Assembly: GCA_027493055.1 (NCBI GenBank)
Contig: JAPUDO010000126.1
Coordinates: forward strand, 11,901 to 75,900
Source: Niabella sp.
GTDB taxonomy: Bacteria; Bacteroidota; Bacteroidia; Chitinophagales; Chitinophagaceae
Length of the DNA stretch: 64,000 nt
Reading direction: 5' to 3'
The number at the start of each line of letters is the position of its first letter. The stretch's first letter is position 1. Both the position numbers and the translations under genes were made by a program. This document shows positions 17,483-27,539 of this stretch, piece by piece. The notes below the pieces were generated by a model. That model did no database searches. It saw nothing but the letters and a program-made list of their open reading frames with translations, and was not told the origin of the DNA.

Positions 17483-18040
17483 CTACTTCACTCTTCCCGG
17501 GTTTTTCTTTATGAAATCGTCCCAGCCTTTAAAATCACTGGTAGAAGGAACAGGCGATAATAACTGATAATGATGGCATACTGCCACAGCAAGGGCATCG
17601 GTAGCGTCAAAATAATCCGGCAATTCTTTCAGGTTTAACGTCTGTTGCAGCATTTTCCATACCTGTTCTTTGCTTGCATTGCCGTTTCCGGTTACTGCCT
17701 GCTTTACTTTTTTGGGGGAATATTCTGTTATAGGAAGATTGAAGTGCATAGCTGCGGCAATAGCCACTCCCTGGGCACGCCCCAGCTTTAGCATACTTTG
17801 CACGTTTTTACCAAAAAAAGGCGCTTCAATAGCAAACTCAGTAGGTTTATATAATTGTATTAATTCGGTCACCCGCTGGTATATCTGGCTCAGCCGCTCA
17901 TAATTACTTTTACGCGCAGGCAATTTCAGGCCCTGCATTTCCAGCAACTGTATTTTTTTTTGGCGGCATAATATAACGCCATACCCCATTATAATTGTTC
18001 CGGGGTCTATTCCCAGGATTATTTTAGAAGATTGTTGCAA
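17483..18040 (-). CDS. ruvC: Holliday junction resolvase RuvC
   Basis: ILGIDPG, AIEAPFFGKNVQSMLKLGRAQG, YSPKKVKQAVTGNG and DATDALAVA; likely TTG start at 18040. Confidence 0.96.
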   Translation of the reverse strand: MQQSSKIILGIDPGTIIMGYGVILCRQKKIQLLEMQGLKLPARKSNYERLSQIYQRVTELIQLYKPTEFAIEAPFFGKNVQSMLKLGRAQGVAIAAAMHFNLPITEYSPKKVKQAVTGNGNASKEQVWKMLQQTLNLKELPDYFDATDALAVAVCHHYQLLSPVPSTSDFKGWDDFIKKNPGRVK

Positions 18041-18062
18041 ACAGGTACTATTTTTACCGGCT

Positions 18063-19064
18063 GTGAAGGTGAACAAAAATATTAAAATATTCTTCAACTA
18101 TTTTTTAGGACCATTATTATTTATATGGCTGGCCTGGTCTATTTATAAACAGGTCAGCAACCAGGAAGGGTTAGAAGAATCTTTGCTTGAGATCAGGCAT
18201 TCACTCTCCAGCGCCCACATACTGTATCTTGTGCTTACCATACTATTTATGATGGTAAACTGGGGTCTGGAAGCCTGGAAGTGGATGCTGGCCGTGCGGA
18301 AAGTGCAGGAAATTAGTTTTGTAAGAGCATTTAAAGCTGTTTTTTCAGGTATTTCTTTCTCTGTAAGCACTCCTAATTCAATAGGGGAATATGTAGGAAG
18401 GGTTCTTTATATGAGCGAAGGGAACCGGATCAAAGCCATATCCCTGACTATTATTGCCAACATGAGCCAGCTGATCATCACCTTTTTAATGGGAACTGTA
18501 GCGCTCTTTTTTTTAAAAGATCATCTCACAGCAGAAAGCAATATACCACGCGCTCTTGCCAACGGAATTTTGTACACTTCAGCTTTTATTGTCATTACAT
18601 TAACATTATTTTATTTCAGGTTGCCGTGGTTGATAAAAATTATTGATAAATTGCCGCAGGTCAGCAGGTTTTCGTGGGCAATAGAAGCTATTGAACATAT
18701 CAATGCAACGTTGCTTTTGAAATTCCTGTCCTTATCCGTAGCACGTTTTGTAGTATTCAGTCTGCAATATTTTTTACTGTTTCAACTATTTAAAGTAGAT
18801 GTTAGTATATTACAAAGCTGGATGGGAATAAGCGTCATGTTTTTAATAATGGCTATTATACCTACCATTGCATTATTTACAGATCTTGGATTAAAAAACG
18901 AATTAAGCATCAGGCTAATGGGATTATTTACAACCAATCATTTAGGAGTGAGCTTAACTTCGTTAAGTATATGGTTAATAAACCTGGTGGTTCCTGCCTT
19001 AATTGGCAGTTTACTGATACTGGGAATAAAAAATATTTTTAAAAGCAGGAATGAAGGCACTTAA
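18063..19064 (+). CDS. Lysylphosphatidylglycerol-synthase TM / flippase-like membrane protein
   Basis: NWGLEAWKW, STPNSIGEYVGR and WLINLVVPALIG; multi-TM. Confidence 0.78.
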   Translation: MKVNKNIKIFFNYFLGPLLFIWLAWSIYKQVSNQEGLEESLLEIRHSLSSAHILYLVLTILFMMVNWGLEAWKWMLAVRKVQEISFVRAFKAVFSGISFSVSTPNSIGEYVGRVLYMSEGNRIKAISLTIIANMSQLIITFLMGTVALFFLKDHLTAESNIPRALANGILYTSAFIVITLTLFYFRLPWLIKIIDKLPQVSRFSWAIEAIEHINATLLLKFLSLSVARFVVFSLQYFLLFQLFKVDVSILQSWMGISVMFLIMAIIPTIALFTDLGLKNELSIRLMGLFTTNHLGVSLTSLSIWLINLVVPALIGSLLILGIKNIFKSRNEGT

Positions 19065-19881
19065 ATTATCAACTTTAGCAGTATTCACCATTGCAACAAT
19101 GGCCAATACAAAAATACCGGCTAACCAGGACACTGAGCCTGTAGAAAAAAATTGCGGAATAACCAATACATCTTTCAAAGCGGGAGAAAAAGTAGGTTTT
19201 ATTGTTTATTATACCGCCGCAAAGATTATTAATGTGGCTGCCGGGGCCGGTTCTTTTACTACCACCCTGGAAAAGCTGAATGGCAAACAGGTTTACCATG
19301 TGGAAGGAGAAGGTCATACTTTACCCTCTTATGAATGGGCTTATAAAGCCAAAGACATTTATGAAACTTACATGGATGCAGAAACACTCCTGCCCTTAAA
19401 GTTTGTACGAAACATAAATGAAGGAGACTATAAGAAATACCAGAATGTAAGCTTTAACAGGTCTGCTAATACTGCCATCAGTAAGGAAGGGGTTTTTAAA
19501 GTACCTGAATGCGTGCATGATGTGGTAAGCGCTGTATTTTGGGCCAGGAATATAGATTTTAATTTATTAAAGCCCAATACAGATAAAGTACCTGTTAAAA
19601 TTTTTTTAGATAATGAAATACACACTCTTTATGTAAGGTACCTGGGAAAAGAAACCATAACCACCAAATACGGCAAGTTTAAAACCATTAAAATAAAACC
19701 CAGTACTATAAAAGGCACCATATTCAAAGATGATGATAAAATGACCGTTTGGATCAGTGATGATGCCAACCGCGTACCCGTAAGGGTGGAAAGCCCCATC
19801 ATTGTAGGAAAAGTAAGAATAGATATGACAAGCTTTGAAAACCTTCGAAGCCCGATGACTGCGCTGGTGAAGAAGAATTAA
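19051..19881 (+). CDS. DUF3108-family exported protein
   Basis: Signal peptide; FKAGEKV, HDVVSAVFWAR and VWISDDANRVPVRVES..VG. Confidence 0.8.
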   Translation: MKALKLSTLAVFTIATMANTKIPANQDTEPVEKNCGITNTSFKAGEKVGFIVYYTAAKIINVAAGAGSFTTTLEKLNGKQVYHVEGEGHTLPSYEWAYKAKDIYETYMDAETLLPLKFVRNINEGDYKKYQNVSFNRSANTAISKEGVFKVPECVHDVVSAVFWARNIDFNLLKPNTDKVPVKIFLDNEIHTLYVRYLGKETITTKYGKFKTIKIKPSTIKGTIFKDDDKMTVWISDDANRVPVRVESPIIVGKVRIDMTSFENLRSPMTALVKKN

Positions 19882-19928
19882 GCCAGGCCCAGATTCCACA
19901 TTGAAATATTCAAAGTGCGTTGCTCAAA

Positions 19929-20345
19929 ATTCCCCGGAGGGAGGGGGTATAGATTGACAGATGACGGTTAACCGATGCCAGTGGTCATTCTGCATTCAAT
20001 GTCGTTTGCTTAACGTTTCAGTGTAGTTGAGGGTGAATATAATATACGATGCAAGATGTACGTTGTACGAAATAAAGGCTAAAAGCTGAATGCAGAAAGC
20101 CTTATGCTTCAAGCCTCCGGCCTTTAGCCATAAATCATAATAGTACAGAAATTCTATACTTGAATAATCAACAATCCCCGCCTGACCGGATTGGCAGAAA
20201 GGTTCAATATTCATTGGAAATTGGTTTCGGGGACACTTTTTACATTTAACATTTAATATTTTACATTCTACATTTTATCCCTGCACTATTAATAATCGCC
20301 CCCTCTCCCCTCCGGGGACTTTTGATCTTACACTTTCAAACTCTA
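19929..20345. repeat. Mosaic of short palindromic and heptamer repeats bracketed by a GC-rich inverted pair
   Basis: TCCCCGGAGGG near 19930 is inverted to CCCTCCGGGGA near 20310; several 7-bp-periodic arrays lie between them. Confidence 0.65.
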
Positions 20346-20353
20346 TATGGGGC

Positions 20354-21832
20354 CTAATAAGCCCTTGCAAAAAGCACTCTTCTTTTCGATGGCCTGCCAC
20401 TCAAAATACAGTTACCGTCTTCTATGCCCGTATCATCTACAGGAATGCAACGTATGGTTGCCTTGGTCCTTTCCTTTATTTCATTTTCAGTTGCGGCCGT
20501 ACCATCCCAATGGGCCAGCACAAATCCTCCCTTTTCATCCAGTAATTTTACAAACTCATCCCATGTATCCGCTTTTGTAATATGTTCATCGCGGTAGGTT
20601 TTCGCTTTATTGAACATATTGTTTTGAATATCGAGTAGTAGCCCATCAATGTACTGACTTATTCCGTCTGCATGGATCGTTTCCTTAGTCTTTGTATCCC
20701 TTCTGGCCACTTCTATCTGGTTGTTGGCCAGGTCGCGCGCGCCCAATGTTACACGCACCGGCACTCCCTTCAGTTCATATTCGGCAAATTTCCAGCCCGG
20801 GCGGGTATTATCATTATCATCATATTTGGCACGGATACCCATTGTTTTAAGGTTGGCCAGAATTTCCTCTGCTTTGGCATCGATCAGCGCTTTTTGCTCT
20901 TCGCCCTTATAAATAGGCACAATCACTACCTGTAACGGTGCTATTTTAGGAGGCAGGATCAGCCCCTCATCATCACTATGCGCCATTACCAGCGCTCCCA
21001 CCAGCCTGGTGCTTACTCCCCAGCTGGTAGCCCATACATATTCCTGTTTATTTTCTTTATTCAGAAACTGCACATCAAATGCTTTTGCAAAATTCTGCCC
21101 CAAAAAATGAGAAGTTCCGGCCTGTAAAGCCTTGCCATCCTGCATCAGGGCCTCAATGCAATAAGTGTCAATAGCTCCCGCAAACCTTTCACTTTCTGTT
21201 TTCACTCCTTTTATTACAGGCACAGCCATAAATTCCTCTACAAACTGTGCATATACATCCAGCATCTTTTTAGCCTCTTCTTCTGCCTCCTGTTGTGTGG
21301 CATGCGCTGTGTGCCCTTCCTGCCATAGAAATTCTGCCGTACGCAAAAACAGGCGGGTTCTCATTTCCCATCTCACCACATTGGCCCACTGGTTTACCAG
21401 GATAGGCAGATCGCGGTAGCTTTGGATCCAATCCTTATAAGTATTCCAGATGATGGTTTCGCTGGTAGGTCGTACAATCAGCTCTTCCTCCAGCTTAGCT
21501 TCGGGGTCTACCACCACTCCTTTGCCATCGGGATCGTTTTTGAGCCTGTAATGGGTTACCACGGCACACTCTTTAGCAAACCCTTCTACATGTGCAGCCT
21601 CTTTACTTAAAAAGCTCTTAGGTATAAAAAGCGGAAAATAAGCGTTCACATGCCCCGTGTCCTTAAACATTTTATCAAGCGCATCGCGCATATTTTCCCA
21701 AAGGGTGAATCCATAAGGCTTTATTACCATACATCCCCTTACGGCAGAATAATCGGCCAGCCCGCCTTTTAATACAAGATCATTATACCATTGGGAATAA
21801 TCCTGCGCCCTGGAAGTAATTTCTTTGCTCAT
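20354..21832 (-). CDS. proS: Prolyl-tRNA synthetase (archaeal/eukaryote-like type, as usual in Bacteroidota)
   Basis: [53 protein letters not shown] and TSWGVSTRL. Confidence 0.98.
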   Translation of the reverse strand: MSKEITSRAQDYSQWYNDLVLKGGLADYSAVRGCMVIKPYGFTLWENMRDALDKMFKDTGHVNAYFPLFIPKSFLSKEAAHVEGFAKECAVVTHYRLKNDPDGKGVVVDPEAKLEEELIVRPTSETIIWNTYKDWIQSYRDLPILVNQWANVVRWEMRTRLFLRTAEFLWQEGHTAHATQQEAEEEAKKMLDVYAQFVEEFMAVPVIKGVKTESERFAGAIDTYCIEALMQDGKALQAGTSHFLGQNFAKAFDVQFLNKENKQEYVWATSWGVSTRLVGALVMAHSDDEGLILPPKIAPLQVVIVPIYKGEEQKALIDAKAEEILANLKTMGIRAKYDDNDNTRPGWKFAEYELKGVPVRVTLGARDLANNQIEVARRDTKTKETIHADGISQYIDGLLLDIQNNMFNKAKTYRDEHITKADTWDEFVKLLDEKGGFVLAHWDGTAATENEIKERTKATIRCIPVDDTGIEDGNCILSGRPSKRRVLFARAY

Positions 21833-22000
21833 ATTTATTTTAACAAAAAATGTTGTGAATTAACAGCCATTTGTGCATCCTTTTATATCATTTTATCGTC
21901 ACAAACAATAAGGAATATATACTATTTTTACACCCTTGCTGTTTAAAGGACGGCAAATGTAAATTTTAAAGCCAATTAAAACAATTATTAAAATATATAA

Positions 22001-22999
22001 ATGGCCAAGATGAAAATAAAATCCACAACCCTGTTGCTTCTTTTAGGCGCTATAATAGCCGTAAGCGGCTGTTCTACTGCCTATAGAACCGGGCAAACTC
22101 CGGACGATGTGTACAGCTCGCCCGCTCCCCCGGAAGAAGAGTATGCCAAAGTCAGAAAAACAGATGAAAAACGGTATCGTACTTACGATGATTCCTATAA
22201 TGATTATGAGGACTATGATGACCGCTATCTGCGTATGAAAGTGCGTAACCGTAACCGCTGGAGCTCTCTGGACGATTGGTATTATTATGGTGATCGCTAT
22301 AATTTCAGCTATTATAACAACTGGTCTTACTGGAACGACCCCTGGTACTGGAATAACCCGTGGAGCCCTGTAAGCTACTGGAATATGTGGTACAATCCCT
22401 GGTACACCGGCTGGTATGGTGGTTGGGGCCCCGGTTGGGGCTGGAACAATCCCTGGTATGGTGGCTGGGGCGGAGGATGGTACGCCGGCTGGGGCGGATG
22501 GTATGGCAGCCGCTGGGGCGGATGGTATGATCCCTGGTACAATGGCTGGTATGGTCCCGGATGGGGATGGGGTGGCTGGTATGGTGGAAGCATTGTTGGC
22601 CGCCGGGCAGATTATGGCCCCAGAACAACCAACCTGAATACCTATAACAGGGGGAATATTAACACAGGCAATGGCCGCACCAGCAATGGATACACCAGCC
22701 GGCCGGGAAGCGGGTATGTAAGCTCTTACGGGATAAGAAACGGCTCAAGCGTTAATACCAACAGCGGCAACTCAGGTTTAAACTCCCGTTCTGTTTCCGG
22801 CCGCTATTCCAACACAGGAAGTTATAACAACAGGTCTTACTCAAATGATACTTATTCATCGCCAAGATCTACGTATTCTACACCTTCCAATAATTCTCCG
22901 TCTTACTCGGCGCCTTCCTCCTCTTCTTCATCATCTTCTTCCGGAGGTGGCGGCGGTAGAAGCTCCGGAGGTGGCGGTGGAAGCGGCAGAAGGTTCTGA
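22001..22999 (+). CDS. Lipoprotein with W/Y/G-rich and S/G/N-rich low-complexity regions
   Basis: Lipobox VSG-C (start may be ATG 22010); PDDVY motif; tandem GWYGG/PWY units; Ser/Gly tail. Confidence 0.85.
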   Translation: MAKMKIKSTTLLLLLGAIIAVSGCSTAYRTGQTPDDVYSSPAPPEEEYAKVRKTDEKRYRTYDDSYNDYEDYDDRYLRMKVRNRNRWSSLDDWYYYGDRYNFSYYNNWSYWNDPWYWNNPWSPVSYWNMWYNPWYTGWYGGWGPGWGWNNPWYGGWGGGWYAGWGGWYGSRWGGWYDPWYNGWYGPGWGWGGWYGGSIVGRRADYGPRTTNLNTYNRGNINTGNGRTSNGYTSRPGSGYVSSYGIRNGSSVNTNSGNSGLNSRSVSGRYSNTGSYNNRSYSNDTYSSPRSTYSTPSNNSPSYSAPSSSSSSSSSGGGGGRSSGGGGGSGRRF

Positions 23000-23055
23000 T
23001 AGGAAGTATGGTGCGCTTTAAATTCGATGCTTTTAACCTTATTTAAATTTTATAA

Positions 23056-24567
23056 ATGAAAAAAATTTTCCTGGCTGCAACGTTGATCGCTGCATATAGT
23101 ATTTCCCAGGCCCAGACTCCCGAAGATGCGTTGAGATACTCCTGGCTGCAGGCTTCAGGGACGGCCCGCTCACAGGCTATTGGTAATGCCAATGGCGCTA
23201 TAGGCGGGGAGATATCTACTATTTTTTCCAACCCTGCCAATATCGGGTTTTATAAAACCGGCGATTTTGTGATTTCTGCAGGTAGTAATATGATGAACAA
23301 TAACAGTACCTACCTTGGCACATCAGAAAAGGAAAGCAAATCTTCCGGATTTTTTGGGACCACAGGTTTTGTATTAGGTAAACCTACTTATGGTAAGGGT
23401 TCTGTTAAAGGCTCTGCGTTTGGTATTGCCATCAACAGGCTTGCCGATTTTAACAACCGGGTTGTTTATTCCAACAAAGGCGGGCAGCTGAGCCGCAGCT
23501 CTATGGCAGATTATTTTATTGAAGATGCCATAGCGAATGGTTTAAACGACTATGGCTCTGGCCTGGCTATGGATGCTGGCTGGATCAAAGAAAATGGAGA
23601 GGATGGAAACGGCAGAATAAAGCTGGCTTCACCTGCCGTAGACCTGGCTATGGCAAGCGGCCTTGAACAAAAACAGCTCATAAGCACCAATGGCGGGATT
23701 ACAGAGCTGGCTTTAGCCGGCGCCGTTAATCTGAATGAGCGGGTATTTTTAGGCGGTACAGTTGGTTTTCCTATGCTAAGGTATGGGGCCAACAGGCAAT
23801 ATACAGAACAGGATCCTACAAGCAATGACAATGGCTTTGATGCCGCCTGGTTTGATGATGACCTCGTTACAAAAGGCGTTGGCTTTAATGTTAAAGCCGG
23901 TATCGTTTTTAAAGCTACTGATAACCTGAGATTAGGTTTTGCAGCCCACTCTCCAACCTTCTATTCCTTAAGCGATAGCTATGTAGCTTCTGCCGGCGCC
24001 AACCTTGATGCCGGACCTAACGGCGACAAAACCTATAATAGCAAAGAATTGGTATATGATTACAATCTGCATACACCTTACAAGCTGATGGGCAGCTTTT
24101 CCTTATTATTTGGTAATATTCATGATGTAAGCACACAAAAAGGCTTTTTATCCGGCGATGTAGAGTATGTGAACTATATGGCGTCCAATTTCAGAACAAC
24201 ATCTGATGACAGGGGTTCTAATAATGGTTACTTTACCGACCTGAACCGGGCTATTGATAATGCTTACAAAGGAGCTGTAAATGCACGCCTGGGGGCTGAG
24301 CTAAAATTCAGCCCGATAGCAGTACGCTTTGGCGGCGCCTATTATGGCAACCCTTATAAAGATATAGCGGGCGAAAAAGGAAGCATCACCCAGGCTACCG
24401 GCGGTTTAGGTTACAGGAACAAAGGCTTCTTTATTGACCTGGGCTATGTACATACTTTGGGTAAAGATGTATTGTTCCCTTACCGCTTAACAAGCGCACC
24501 TTTTTCTTCTGCCGCTGTTAAAAGCACAAATTCAAGAATACTGCTTACACTTGGTTTTAAAATTTAG
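23056..24567 (+). CDS. OmpP1/FadL-like outer-membrane beta-barrel
   Basis: Signal peptide; PEDALRYS..GTARSQAIGNA.GAIGGE...NPANIG N-terminal hatch; C-terminal LTLGFKI. Confidence 0.85.
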   Translation: MKKIFLAATLIAAYSISQAQTPEDALRYSWLQASGTARSQAIGNANGAIGGEISTIFSNPANIGFYKTGDFVISAGSNMMNNNSTYLGTSEKESKSSGFFGTTGFVLGKPTYGKGSVKGSAFGIAINRLADFNNRVVYSNKGGQLSRSSMADYFIEDAIANGLNDYGSGLAMDAGWIKENGEDGNGRIKLASPAVDLAMASGLEQKQLISTNGGITELALAGAVNLNERVFLGGTVGFPMLRYGANRQYTEQDPTSNDNGFDAAWFDDDLVTKGVGFNVKAGIVFKATDNLRLGFAAHSPTFYSLSDSYVASAGANLDAGPNGDKTYNSKELVYDYNLHTPYKLMGSFSLLFGNIHDVSTQKGFLSGDVEYVNYMASNFRTTSDDRGSNNGYFTDLNRAIDNAYKGAVNARLGAELKFSPIAVRFGGAYYGNPYKDIAGEKGSITQATGGLGYRNKGFFIDLGYVHTLGKDVLFPYRLTSAPFSSAAVKSTNSRILLTLGFKI

Positions 24568-24587
24568 GCAATCATACTTTTACATAC

Positions 24588-24622
24588 AAAAATCCCCGCT
24601 ATAATATACAGCGGGGATTTTT
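24588..24622. terminator. Bidirectional intrinsic terminator
   Basis: AAAAATCCCCGCT/AGCGGGGATTTTT between convergent genes. Confidence 0.85.
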
Positions 24623-24650
24623 TATGGATATCAGCCTTTGATATCGCGGG

Positions 24651-25445
24651 CTAATCAAAATCCGATTTTTCACTCACTTCAATATCCGGATCGCGGTCTT
24701 CCGGCTCTACATATTCCAGAATAAAATTATTCTTACCCTCGCCGGTCATGATCTTTAAGAAATTTTGCTGCACCAGCTCCAATACAGAGAGGAACATGAA
24801 TATGGCCTGAACACGGTTTTCTGCTATTTCAAACAGTTTCTCAAAAGAAAGATTCTTTTGAGTTTGTGCCATTTCCATAACCTGACCACGGCTGGTTTCC
24901 ATGGTATAGCTGTACCTTACTACCGTATGTACAGGTTTGTTCACCCTGTCGCTATACTTCTGCATCGCCTTTTCAAAGGCTTTCATCAGCTTAAATAGTG
25001 AGAGTGCCTGTATCTCGGTGCCTTCACCGGCGTCCTCTCCTACCCGGGACAATTCTTTCTGAATATTGCCCCTTTTAATCATCAGCATACGTAAAGCCTC
25101 CTGCTCGGCTAACTGGGCAGCTGCTTCCTTGAACTTTTTATATTCAAGAATCTTATTGACCAGCTCTTCGCGGGGATCGATCTCATTACCCTGGGCATCC
25201 AGTTCTTTGCGGGGTATCAGCATTTTAGCCTTGATACGCATAAGCGTGGAAACAAACAGGATAAACTCACTTGAAAGCTCAATATTCAATGTTTCCTGGT
25301 TATGGATATAATTCAGGAAATCGTTGGTGATCTGGGTAATAGGAATATTGTAAATATCCAGCTCATCCCGCTCTATGAAAAAAAGTAAAAGATCGAAAGG
25401 GCCTTCAAATTGCGAAAGTTTGATCTGGTAAGTAGAATTTGCCAC
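24651..25445 (-). CDS. scpA: Segregation/condensation protein A
   Basis: FEGPFDLLLFFIERDELDIYNIPI, IKAKMLIP and FLSVLEL. Confidence 0.93.
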   Translation of the reverse strand: MANSTYQIKLSQFEGPFDLLLFFIERDELDIYNIPITQITNDFLNYIHNQETLNIELSSEFILFVSTLMRIKAKMLIPRKELDAQGNEIDPREELVNKILEYKKFKEAAAQLAEQEALRMLMIKRGNIQKELSRVGEDAGEGTEIQALSLFKLMKAFEKAMQKYSDRVNKPVHTVVRYSYTMETSRGQVMEMAQTQKNLSFEKLFEIAENRVQAIFMFLSVLELVQQNFLKIMTGEGKNNFILEYVEPEDRDPDIEVSEKSDFD

Positions 25446-25545
25446 TAACTTATTTTTATACTGATAAAATAATAAAGTCCTGCAATAAAGCAGGACCTTA
25501 CAAAAGTAATGAAATACTTTCCCCGTTAAGTGTAAAAATCAGGAA

Positions 25546-25923
25546 TCAGGGCCTTTTCTTTAATTCATCTCTTATTTCGGCTAATAATTTATCAGTAGAA
25601 GAAGGCTCTGCAGGTGGTGCTTCTACTTCTTTTTTCTTAAATCCATTTGCCAATCTTATTAATAAGAATAAAATAAATGCGATTATAATGAATTTAATAA
25701 CAGCCGCTAAAAATTTCCCATATAAAATTCCGTTCCATGCCAATTTTTCTATATTCTCGGCTCCTGCAGCTTTTAACGCAGGATTTAAAATAAGCGGTGT
25801 AATAACATCATCAACCAATGATGTTACTATTGCTCCAAAAGCGCCGCCGATAATAACAGCAACCGCAAGATCAATGACATTGCCTTTTAAGGCAAATTCT
25901 TTAAAATCTTTAAGGAATCCCAT
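25546..25923 (-). CDS. mscL: Large-conductance mechanosensitive channel
   Basis: FKEFALKGNVIDLAVAVIIGGAFGAIVTSLV and LLAEIRDELK. Confidence 0.97.
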   Translation of the reverse strand: MGFLKDFKEFALKGNVIDLAVAVIIGGAFGAIVTSLVDDVITPLILNPALKAAGAENIEKLAWNGILYGKFLAAVIKFIIIAFILFLLIRLANGFKKKEVEAPPAEPSSTDKLLAEIRDELKKRP

Positions 25924-26155
25924 ATAAATAGCGTTTTATTAAAACAAATATATAATTTATTTCTCTTGTATATTTATTATTATTTTTGGCCAAGAGGCAC
26001 CTTTCCTGCCCGACTATTATTAAAAATATCTATTGTGGTCAGGCGGGGATGAAATTTCTCAGGCTTCCTTTGTGTAATTTAAGCCTGTTCAAAGAACTCC
26101 TTTGGAGAAAAATTTCATGTCGGTTTGATAGGAAAATACAATTTTTACTACTCCG

Positions 26156-26899
26156 TTATTGCTGCAGAGCAGGATACTTCATATCTAATTGCTCCAATGT
26201 TTGCTTCAGCGCTTTTGCAATAGTGTATTCTTTATACCAATTTTGATCAGAAGGCACTATCATCCATTCCGGGTCATTGCATTTTTTAAAACAAGCTTCA
26301 TAATATTCATAGTATTTCTCACGCAGTTTAGCTTCCTCAAAATCGTTTTTATTGTACTTCCACATTTTTGCCGGGTTGCTCATGCGCTCCTGTAGCCGCA
26401 GTGCCTGTTCTTCTGCAGAAACATGTAAATAGAATTTTAAAATAACAGTATTATTTTGCTGCAGTATTTTTTCAAATGCGTTTATGGCCTCAAAACGTTT
26501 TTTAGCCAATTCGTTGTTACACCACCCATGTACCCTTGTAACCAATACATCTTCATAATGTGAACGGTTGAAAACCTGTATATGTCCTTTGGACGGAGTA
26601 TTTTTATGTATTCTCCATAAAAAATCATGGGCGGCCTCTTCCTGGGTGGGCACTTTAAATGAAGTTACCTGCACACCCTGTGGATTCATGGTACCAAAAA
26701 TATTTTTTATAGCACCATCCTTTCCGCTGGCATCCATACCTTGCAAGATCACTAAAATGGCATGTTTCCCTTCGGCATATAAAAGATTTTGTAAAACATT
26801 AAGATCTTCCAGATTTTTTTGGGTTTGCTCTTTAAAATCCTGTTTGAATGCACTTTTTGGCGCCCGGGTTGATATTTTGGTAAGTTGATATTTTGCCAT
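26156..26899 (-). CDS. ppk2: Polyphosphate kinase 2 family protein
   Basis: QGMDASGKDG Walker A, HDFLWRIH, FNRSHYEDVL and KFYLHVSAEEQ. Confidence 0.92.
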   Translation of the reverse strand: MAKYQLTKISTRAPKSAFKQDFKEQTQKNLEDLNVLQNLLYAEGKHAILVILQGMDASGKDGAIKNIFGTMNPQGVQVTSFKVPTQEEAAHDFLWRIHKNTPSKGHIQVFNRSHYEDVLVTRVHGWCNNELAKKRFEAINAFEKILQQNNTVILKFYLHVSAEEQALRLQERMSNPAKMWKYNKNDFEEAKLREKYYEYYEACFKKCNDPEWMIVPSDQNWYKEYTIAKALKQTLEQLDMKYPALQQ

Positions 26900-26908
26900 A
26901 CCCCGTTG

Positions 26909-27472
26909 TTAAATAGCCATAATCTCTTTTTCCTTGGCAGCAAGATGTTTTTCTACTATAGCTATGTAATTATCAGTAAGCTGCTGAACAGTGGCCTCGG
27001 CATCCTTTGCGGCATCCTCGCTCAGCCCTTCCTTCTGAAGTTTTTTAATAGCTTCAATAGCATCCCTTCTTCCTCCTCTTACCCCCACTTTGGAAGTTTC
27101 TCCTTCACCCTGGCACCGCTTCACCAGTTCTTTTCTCCTCTCTTCAGTAAGATGAGGCAGGTATAACCTTATATTTATACCATCATTCTGCGGATTGATC
27201 CCAATATTAGCCGCAATAATGGCTCTTTCTATGGGTTGCAGCATATTTTTTTCCCAGGGCTGTATATTAATGGTGCGGGCGTCCATAACAGTGATATTAC
27301 CAACCTGGTTAACAGGAACAGGAGATCCGTAATAATCCACCATAATTCCATCTACAATTTGAGGAGTAGCTTTACCGGCACGTATTTTTGCCAATTCTGC
27401 TTCCAGGTGGCCAATGGCCTTTTTCATGCTCTCTTCAGAAGCCTTTACTATCTTATCTATTTGATCTTGCAT
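26909..27472 (-). CDS. frr: Ribosome recycling factor
   Basis: IRAGKATP, IQPWEK and LTEERRKELVK. Confidence 0.97.
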   Translation of the reverse strand: MQDQIDKIVKASEESMKKAIGHLEAELAKIRAGKATPQIVDGIMVDYYGSPVPVNQVGNITVMDARTINIQPWEKNMLQPIERAIIAANIGINPQNDGINIRLYLPHLTEERRKELVKRCQGEGETSKVGVRGGRRDAIEAIKKLQKEGLSEDAAKDAEATVQQLTDNYIAIVEKHLAAKEKEIMAI

Positions 27473-27539
27473 ACATTATCATTTGAAGTATGCAAAGCTA
27501 ATAAAATGCCTGAAGATTAAGAAACTGCATAGCAGAAAA

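Noticed and set aside
17483-18040. RuvC-fold nuclease as TnpB/Cas12-like effector
   Set aside because: Size and motifs match the ordinary Holliday junction resolvase; no zinc finger, guide locus or IS ends.
19996-20214. 72-aa ORF in the repeat mosaic
   Set aside because: Crosses repeat arrays, has no motif and no promoter box in position.
22305-22637. Pro/Gln/Tyr-rich and other alternative-frame ORFs over the W/Y/G lipoprotein
   Set aside because: By-products of the repetitive low-complexity coding sequence.
25439-25927. 162-aa ORF antisense to mscL
   Set aside because: Shadow of a well-conserved gene; no independent coding signal.
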